Positions 39,454 through 45,686 of a DNA stretch of 45,686 nucleotides are shown here, piece after piece (position 1 is the first letter of the stretch; each line of letters starts with the position of its first letter). Position numbers and translations under genes: made by a program. The notes under the pieces are model-generated. The model was not told the DNA's origin, searched no databases, and saw only the letters and a program-made list of their open reading frames with translations. The stretch lies in the sequence record SRR2962707_3597; one strand, 5' to 3'.

Positions 39454-42243
39454 TCAGGTTTCTTCCCCGGATTCCTCGACCTGGCCGCGCCGGGTAAAGC
39501 GGATCAGCACGTCACGAAGCACATTGAGTTCCACCGGTTTGGGAATGTGGGCGTTCATGCCGGAGGCCAGGCTGCGCTCCCGGTGCTCGCGCAGGATATG
39601 GGCGGTGAGGGCGACGATGGGGACCGCCACCAGGCCGTTTTCCCGCTCGTGGGCACGGATCCGCCGGGTGGCCTCGAACCCGTCCATCTCCGGCATCTCG
39701 CAATCCATCAGGATCAGGTCATAACGCTTCTGGGTGGCACGGTGGAGGGCTTCCAGGCCGTTGGCGGCCAGTTCCGGAGTAATGCCCAGTTTGTTGAGCA
39801 TGCCGCGGATGACTTTCTGGCTCAGCTTGTGGTCCTCGACCACCAGTACCTGCAGCCCGGGGTCCGGGCTTTCGCTGCGTTGGCGGGGCGCCGACGGGCG
39901 CTGCAGGCCCAACTCCTCACTCAGTACCTGTTTGAGGCGCGGCGCCGACACCGGTTTGGTCAGCACCCGATGAATACTGACGTTACGCGCGTCCACATCG
40001 GTGGGGGAGCTGCTGATACCGGTGAGCATGATCAGCACCGGTGAGTGGGTGATGACCGGATCCTCGTGGATCCGCGCCGCCAGCTGCACCCCGGTCATGC
40101 CCGGCATCTGGTGGTCGAGCAGCACCACATCGTAGGGCTCATTGATATTGGCCTGGGTACGTAACGAGGCCAGCGCTTCGCGCGGATCGTTGCTGGCGGT
40201 GACGCGCATGCCCCAGCTCAGGGCCAGATGGCGGATTACCCGGGTCACGGTGGTGGAGTCATCCACCACCAGCATGCTGCGGCCCAGCAGGGGCACCCGG
40301 TCCGCCGGATTGTCCGGTGCCGGATCATCCAGCGCCGACAACGGCACGATGAACCAATAGGCCGGTTCCTGGTTGTGCCCGTCGCGGTGTCCACAGCGGC
40401 CACTCATGGCTTCCACCAGCTGTTCGGCGATGGCCAGATTCAGCGTGCTGCTGTCCTGGCGGGCGCCGTTTTCCCGTAGATCATGCAGGGTGCCGGCACG
40501 CAGAGCGGTACCGGAGAATTCAAAGCGCACCTGACCGGCCTGGCCGGTGGGTTCCAGCGACACATCGATGATCAACTCGCCGTGCTGGGCCTGGCGGATG
40601 AAGGCGCCGATCAGGTTGGTCAGCACCTGACGCAGGCGCCCGGGGTCCCCCTCCATGCGCGCCGGCACATTGGTGTGCACGTGGGTGATCAGTTCCACCT
40701 GCTTTTCTTCGGCCCGCTCGCGGAACAGGTCCACGGCGTCCACCAGCAGCTCGTGTACATCCAGGGCTTCATGGCTGATTTCGGCGCCGGAGGTCGACAG
40801 CTGGGAGTACTCCAGCACATCGTTGATGATCTTCAACAGGCTTTCGCCCGCATTGTGAATGGCGCTGACGCACTCCTTCTGGTTCGGTGTCAGCGGGGTA
40901 TCGTCGAGCAATTCGGCCATGCCGAGGATGCCGCTGAGCGGGGTGCGGGCGTCATGGCCCATGCGCGCCAGGGTTTCGCGCCGGGTGGTCTCGACGGTCT
41001 CGGCGACGGCCTGATTGCGCAGTTGTTCCGCCTTGAGTCTTTGGCGGCGCTGATGCTGCAGGCGCAGACCGGCGGTTTGCAAGGTGCCCGCCACGGTGAA
41101 TACCAAAAGCAGCGTCAGGGGCACGTCCAGGCCGGTGTGCAGCAGCCCCAGGGTAACCAGGCAGAGAATGGCCACCGGAACGCCGACCAGGATGCTGGTG
41201 AAGAAGAACAGGGCTCCGGCCGGCACTTCCCGATGCCAGGCCTGATAGCCCAGCGCGATTAAACAGGGCGCGGTGAGCAGCACCAGTATGCAGCACAGTC
41301 CCATGGCCGCCGGTGACGGCAGAATCAATAGCAATGGGATCTGAATCAGGGCCAACGCGCCCAGCACCAGCAGAATGTAATGCAGCGCCGGGCTGTGCTG
41401 GCGGCTGTCGACAAAGGTGCGCCCGGCGCCGCAGGCGGCGAACAGAGCGCCGGAAAGCAGGGTCAGGCGCAGCGGATGATTCCAACTGCTGAGATCGTCC
41501 AGATGGCCCAGAAAGCCGCTGCCGATGACGATCAGGCCGACGACACAGAAACCGAACAGGGCGTGGTAACCATGGCTGGCGGCGGAGCGCATCAAGGCCA
41601 GGGCCAGATGGTACAGGGACATGGCCAGCAACATGCCGATCAGCAGCCAGTAGACGCCGTACAGCGGGTTGTCGCCGAGCGCTTTCTGCATGGTGGTGAG
41701 CGTCAATGAATAGACCAGCTCACCATGAGGATTTATCCGCCAGTAGAACACCTGGGGCTGGCCCAGCGGCAGATCGAGCACCTGGATCGGGTAGCGGTGG
41801 ACAAAGGACTCATCCGGCAGTGGCGTACGATAACGGGTGGTACCGGGGGGGCCATCGGGAAGGTAGAACTGGCTGTCCTGGTAGGCGCGGGGCGCCATCA
41901 CCAGCGCGAAACGCTGCTGGTCGGACAGCTCATTGTGGATGGAAACGCGGATCCACCAGTCGTGGTTGCTCAGCCCGAGCCGCTCAACGAAACGGGAGGC
42001 CGGTTGGAACCGGTGGTCCAGGCCGCCGCTGACCACATCCTCCAGGGAATAGTGGTTGTCCGGGTCGGGCAGGTACTCGGAATAGATGGTGATGCGGGCG
42101 TTGTCCGGCTCGCTGTTGACCACGAACGGCGGCGGGGGAGCCGCCCAGGCGCGACCGGCGACCAGCCAGAGCAGGCCGAATATCAGCGGCAGCCATCGCG
42201 CTGGTGTGTTATTCCGTGGCCAAAACGTCCTTGGTGGCATCAT
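39454..42243 (-). CDS. retS: RetS-like hybrid sensor (7TM-DISM sensor, HisKA, degenerate HATPase, two receiver domains)
   Basis: Signal peptide, periplasmic WWIRV 7TMR-DISM-like domain, ~7 TM, H-box GHDARTPL and two REC domains (LLDHQMPG, LMDCEMP). Downstream of purH-purD as in Pseudomonas. Confidence 0.75.
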   Translation of the reverse strand: MMPPRTFWPRNNTPARWLPLIFGLLWLVAGRAWAAPPPPFVVNSEPDNARITIYSEYLPDPDNHYSLEDVVSGGLDHRFQPASRFVERLGLSNHDWWIRVSIHNELSDQQRFALVMAPRAYQDSQFYLPDGPPGTTRYRTPLPDESFVHRYPIQVLDLPLGQPQVFYWRINPHGELVYSLTLTTMQKALGDNPLYGVYWLLIGMLLAMSLYHLALALMRSAASHGYHALFGFCVVGLIVIGSGFLGHLDDLSSWNHPLRLTLLSGALFAACGAGRTFVDSRQHSPALHYILLVLGALALIQIPLLLILPSPAAMGLCCILVLLTAPCLIALGYQAWHREVPAGALFFFTSILVGVPVAILCLVTLGLLHTGLDVPLTLLLVFTVAGTLQTAGLRLQHQRRQRLKAEQLRNQAVAETVETTRRETLARMGHDARTPLSGILGMAELLDDTPLTPNQKECVSAIHNAGESLLKIINDVLEYSQLSTSGAEISHEALDVHELLVDAVDLFRERAEEKQVELITHVHTNVPARMEGDPGRLRQVLTNLIGAFIRQAQHGELIIDVSLEPTGQAGQVRFEFSGTALRAGTLHDLRENGARQDSSTLNLAIAEQLVEAMSGRCGHRDGHNQEPAYWFIVPLSALDDPAPDNPADRVPLLGRSMLVVDDSTTVTRVIRHLALSWGMRVTASNDPREALASLRTQANINEPYDVVLLDHQMPGMTGVQLAARIHEDPVITHSPVLIMLTGISSSPTDVDARNVSIHRVLTKPVSAPRLKQVLSEELGLQRPSAPRQRSESPDPGLQVLVVEDHKLSQKVIRGMLNKLGITPELAANGLEALHRATQKRYDLILMDCEMPEMDGFEATRRIRAHERENGLVAVPIVALTAHILREHRERSLASGMNAHIPKPVELNVLRDVLIRFTRRGQVEESGEET

Positions 42244-43267
42244 CCGTCGTCGTTTCCCGATCCAGCACATACGCTTCCAGGCCGGCTTCGGAAAGGATAT
42301 AGGCTCCCAACTCGCTGCGTCGACCGGCGGAACACAGTATATAAGTGAAATCCCGCTCCAGGGCGGGGGCTTTTTGTCTCAATTCGCCCAATGGAATGTT
42401 GCGGGCCCCGGGAGTCCGGTCGTGCCGGAACTCCGCCGCCAGCCGCACGTCGAGCAAAATACAGGCGTGATCGCCGTCGCGAACCATGTCGTTGAGAGTA
42501 GCCTCATTCAGATGGCGGATCACCGAGGCTTGCAGAATTTCCTGGAAATCATCCTGCCCCAGGCACATCAGCACGCCATCGCTGGTCATGGTAACGGTGG
42601 CGTTGCGCGGCTGATCGCTGATCAGAGCATCTTCGCCGAAAAAGCGGCCCGGGCCCAGGGTGGCCAGGGTATTGGCGCCGCGCCCCTGGCCGCGGGTGAC
42701 CATGGCCTGGCCCTGTTTGAGCACATAGAAGGTGTCTCCGCTATCTCCTTCGCGGACCACGGTGGTGCCCATTTCCACTTCCCGGGGCTGGAACTTCATG
42801 AACAGCGTATGCAGTTTCGCTGGCGCGATGCGGGCGAACAGGCCGGAAGCCAGCAGCGCGTCGGTCCAGTCCCTTTGCTCGTCCTGCCCTGGCGGCGGCA
42901 GCAGATCAACCGCGCCGGTCCAGGCCATCAATAAGTCCAGCTTGTCCCGATCCAGGGTGTACAGGGTGGCGTCGGTGCGGGTAATGGCGTTGACGGTATG
43001 GGGCGCGTAGTTGTCCAGGGCAAGGTAATTCTCGTCGTCGGTGGCGGAGAAGGGCCGCACGCTGAAGCCGGCATCGATCAGATCCAGCTCACCGTCCACC
43101 AGAAAGTAGGCCTTGTCACTGTGCTGGCCCCGTTTGAACACCATCCGGCCGGGTGGCAGATTCAGCGCTTCCAACTGGCCCTGGATGGCGTGCAGGTGAG
43201 TGTGGCTGAGACTGTCGAACGGAATAAACTCGGCGAGCCGGGACGGATCCGGCGTGGTGATGGACAT
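42209..43267 (-). CDS. Tandem cyclic-nucleotide-binding domain protein with C-terminal rhodanese domain
   Basis: Degenerate first CNB domain. Second CNB has an intact cassette FFGEDAL..QPRNATV. Rhodanese motifs LLDVR, GARNIPL and CSAGRRS. Confidence 0.85.
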   Translation of the reverse strand: MSITTPDPSRLAEFIPFDSLSHTHLHAIQGQLEALNLPPGRMVFKRGQHSDKAYFLVDGELDLIDAGFSVRPFSATDDENYLALDNYAPHTVNAITRTDATLYTLDRDKLDLLMAWTGAVDLLPPPGQDEQRDWTDALLASGLFARIAPAKLHTLFMKFQPREVEMGTTVVREGDSGDTFYVLKQGQAMVTRGQGRGANTLATLGPGRFFGEDALISDQPRNATVTMTSDGVLMCLGQDDFQEILQASVIRHLNEATLNDMVRDGDHACILLDVRLAAEFRHDRTPGARNIPLGELRQKAPALERDFTYILCSAGRRSELGAYILSEAGLEAYVLDRETTTDDATKDVLATE

Positions 43268-43338
43268 ACTTTCCCCCTGAACAAACGCACGGCATCAAAA
43301 GAAGCCGGGCACCCTTATCGGGCGGCGATCATTATGGT

Positions 43339-43451
43339 TGTGATGAGACTCTCGGTCCCGAAACGTCGCGTTTGGGCTGATGATAGCGGCTACTCCAAGC
43401 GTTTTCCCGCCGTGCTGCCCGGCGGGCCGCGGTTTTGTGATAAGAGTCCCG
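43339..43451. promoter_or_regulatory. Two CRP/Vfr-like sites upstream of the cNMP-rhodanese gene
   Basis: TGTGA-TGAGAC-TCTCG (43339-43354) and TGTGA-TAAGAG-TCCCG (43436-43451). Each matches 8 of 10 positions of TGTGA-N6-TCACA. Confidence 0.45.
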
Positions 43452-43512
43452 CCAGAGGGAGGGGCGGCACGCCAAATCCAAAGCCCAACGGTCGCTACAA
43501 AGTCGCTGTAGG

Positions 43513-44262
43513 TCAGGCGGTCAGTGCCATCAGCAAGGTGCCGCCGCCGGAAAGCATCAGCAGGGCGAAGATGCCGCGCCGCAAGGTGCGCTCGCTGACC
43601 GGCGGCGGGAAGCGGTTGCCGACCCAGGCCATCGCCGCCACCACCGGCAGCGACAGCAGCCCGATTTTGACCACATCCAGGGTCAGATCACCGTGCAGTC
43701 CGACCACCACCAGGCGCCCCAGCGAAGCCAGTGAGAACAGGGTCAGCAGGGTGATGCGGATGGTCTGGACCGGGATCGGCTGCCGATAGAGCTGATAGAC
43801 GATGGGCGGACCGCTGACGCTGAACAGGCCGCCAAAGAACCCGCCCAGGAAGCCGGTGCCGACAAAGGCGGCCGGCGAGGAACGCCGGGGCAGTGGATCG
43901 GGGCGGCAGACCAGTACCAGGCCGGCGGCGATGATGACGGCGCCGAGCAGGGCCTTGAGCAGGTTCTGGGCATTGCTGTTGAGATAGCTGAGCAGCAGTA
44001 CACCGATGACCATGGCCGGCACCAGTCCGATCAGGCTCTGTGCGACGATACGGCCATCCGCCTTTCTCAGCTGGGGAACCACCACCACCGCGCCAAGGGC
44101 CAGGTTCATGATGTTCAGGGCCGTCGCCGTGGCGGGGATGGAACCAAGATGGAGCAGGGTCACGGCGGCCAGCAAAAAGATGCCAAGGGCGAAACCGGTG
44201 ACAGCCTGAATATAGGTGCCGATGGCAACGGCCAGCAGAAACAGCGGCAGCGATTCAGGCAT
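43513..44262 (-). CDS. TauE/SafE family (sulfite exporter-like) membrane protein
   Basis: IQAVTGFALG and GFLGGFFGGLFSVSGPP motifs, ~8 TM, 249 aa. Confidence 0.8.
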   Translation of the reverse strand: MPESLPLFLLAVAIGTYIQAVTGFALGIFLLAAVTLLHLGSIPATATALNIMNLALGAVVVVPQLRKADGRIVAQSLIGLVPAMVIGVLLLSYLNSNAQNLLKALLGAVIIAAGLVLVCRPDPLPRRSSPAAFVGTGFLGGFFGGLFSVSGPPIVYQLYRQPIPVQTIRITLLTLFSLASLGRLVVVGLHGDLTLDVVKIGLLSLPVVAAMAWVGNRFPPPVSERTLRRGIFALLMLSGGGTLLMALTA

Positions 44263-44338
44263 GGAACTCCCTGCGTGGGCTGACGGCGGCCGGTCAGGCC
44301 GCCGGGGTAATCGGCACGGAGGCTAGGGCCTGTTCACC

Positions 44339-45625
44339 CTAGTTCTGTTCCCGGGCCACGGCGCGATAGCCGATATCGGTACGGTGGTAGGCGTCTTTCC
44401 AGGAAATCCTGGCAACGCCCTGGTAAGCGTTGCGTTGCGCGTCGGCGACGCTGTCACCGAGGGCGGTGACACAGAGTACCCGGCCGCCGTTGGTGACCAC
44501 CTGGCCGTCCTGCTCGCGGGTGCCGGCGTGGAACACTTTCACCAGATCGGAATCGGCCTGCTCCAGCCCTTCGATGGCATCCCCTTTGCCGTAGTCATCC
44601 GGGTAGCCACCGGCGGCCAGCACCACACCCAATGCCGGGCGTGGATCCCATTGGGCTTCCACCTGGTCCAGGCGGCGATCCAGGGCCGCCTGGCAGAGCC
44701 CGGCCAGGTCCGATTGCAGACGCAGCATGATCGGCTGGGTTTCCGGGTCACCGAAACGGCAGTTGTACTCGATCACCTTGGGCTGGCCGGTGGCGTCGAT
44801 CATCAGACCCGCGTACAGGAAACCGGTATAGGGCATGCCTTCCGCGGCCATGCCGGCCACGGTGGGGCGGATCACCTGATCCATGATGCGCTGGTGCACG
44901 GCGTCGCTGACCACTGGCGCCGGCGAATAAGCGCCCATGCCGCCGGTATTGGGGCCGGTGTCGCCGTCGCCCACCCGTTTGTGGTCCTGGCTGGTGGCCA
45001 TCGGCAGGATGTGCTCACCGTCGGCCATGACGATGAAGCTGGCTTCCTCGCCGTCGAGAAACTCTTCCACCACCACGCGGTGGCCGGCGTCTCCGAAACG
45101 GTTGCCGGCGAGCATGTCGCGCACCGCGTCTTCCGCCTCTTGCAGCGTCATGGCGACGATCACGCCTTTGCCGGCGGCGAGGCCGTCGGCCTTGATCACG
45201 ATTGGCGCGCCCTGTTCACGAACGTAGGTCAGGGCTTCGTCCACATCAGTGAAGTTGCCGTAAGCGGCGGTGGGGATCCGGTGGCGGGCGAGAAAATCCT
45301 TGGTGAAAGCCTTGGAGCCCTCCAATTGGGCGGCGGCCTTGCTCGGGCCGAAGCAGCGCAGGCCGCGTTCCTGGAAGTAATCCACCACGCCCGCCACCAG
45401 CGGTGCTTCCGGACCGACGATGGTCAGAGCCACCTGCTCGCGCTCGGCCAGGTCAGCCAGGGCCGGCAGATCAAGCACGTCCACCGCCACGTTTTCCAGC
45501 TTGGCTTCGCGGGCGGTGCCGGCATTGCCCGGCGCCACCAGCACTTTTTCCACGTGCTCCGCCTGGGCCACTTTCCAGGCCAGGGCGTGTTCACGGCCGC
45601 CGGAACCGATGATTAGAACTTTCAT
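44339..45625 (-). CDS. purD: Phosphoribosylamine-glycine ligase
   Basis: GSGGREHALAW, VGPEAPL, KADGLAAGKGV, QDHKR, GPNTGGMG and RFGDPE motifs. Confidence 0.97.
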   Translation of the reverse strand: MKVLIIGSGGREHALAWKVAQAEHVEKVLVAPGNAGTAREAKLENVAVDVLDLPALADLAEREQVALTIVGPEAPLVAGVVDYFQERGLRCFGPSKAAAQLEGSKAFTKDFLARHRIPTAAYGNFTDVDEALTYVREQGAPIVIKADGLAAGKGVIVAMTLQEAEDAVRDMLAGNRFGDAGHRVVVEEFLDGEEASFIVMADGEHILPMATSQDHKRVGDGDTGPNTGGMGAYSPAPVVSDAVHQRIMDQVIRPTVAGMAAEGMPYTGFLYAGLMIDATGQPKVIEYNCRFGDPETQPIMLRLQSDLAGLCQAALDRRLDQVEAQWDPRPALGVVLAAGGYPDDYGKGDAIEGLEQADSDLVKVFHAGTREQDGQVVTNGGRVLCVTALGDSVADAQRNAYQGVARISWKDAYHRTDIGYRAVAREQN

Positions 45626-45649
45626 CCGTGTGTCTCCGTTGCTGGCCGG

Positions 45650-45686
45650 TTAGTGACGGAAGTGGCGCATGCCGGTGAAGACCATG
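45650..45686 (-). CDS. purH: Bifunctional AICAR transformylase/IMP cyclohydrolase, 3' end only
   Basis: Minus strand reads MVFTGMRHFRH-stop, the conserved PurH C-terminus, directly upstream of purD. Truncated by the window edge. Confidence 0.9.
   Translation of the reverse strand, partial: MVFTGMRHFRH

Overview
A GC-rich gammaproteobacterial chromosome segment. Gene order closely follows Pseudomonas, and an Alcanivorax-like organism is my inference. It is mostly core genes: plsY, folB-folK, folM-cca, prkA(yeaG)-yeaH-spoVR, lptD-surA-pdxA-rsmA-apaG-apaH, amgK-murU-rpe, trpEGDC, crp/vfr, osmC-like, speD, coq7, a RetS-like hybrid kinase, purD and the 3' end of purH. Accessory-looking parts are an orphan lipoprotein between folK and folM, an ~11.4 kb block between rpe and trpE (DMT transporter, NlpC/P60, HxlR + flavin oxidoreductase, MFS-cyoABCD-surf1-regB/regA-like cassette with no cyoE), and tauE plus a cNMP/rhodanese gene between purD and the retS-like gene. 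No rRNA, tRNA, CRISPR, integrase or transposase is visible. The most interesting signals are non-coding. (1) A ~150 bp intergenic element with inverted arrays of AGT(G/T)AA(C/T) heptamers around a shared hairpin: two full copies and one half copy, every array following a stop codon in the same orientation. (2) An unannotated 20-codon Trp leader peptide (ending W-R-W-stop) with a sigma70 promoter upstream of trpE. (3) Candidate operators for the HxlR, RegA-like and CRP/Vfr regulators, and CsrA/RsmA-type sites. (4) A cAMP-binding rhodanese gene overlapping a RetS-like sensor whose ATPase domain is degenerate.
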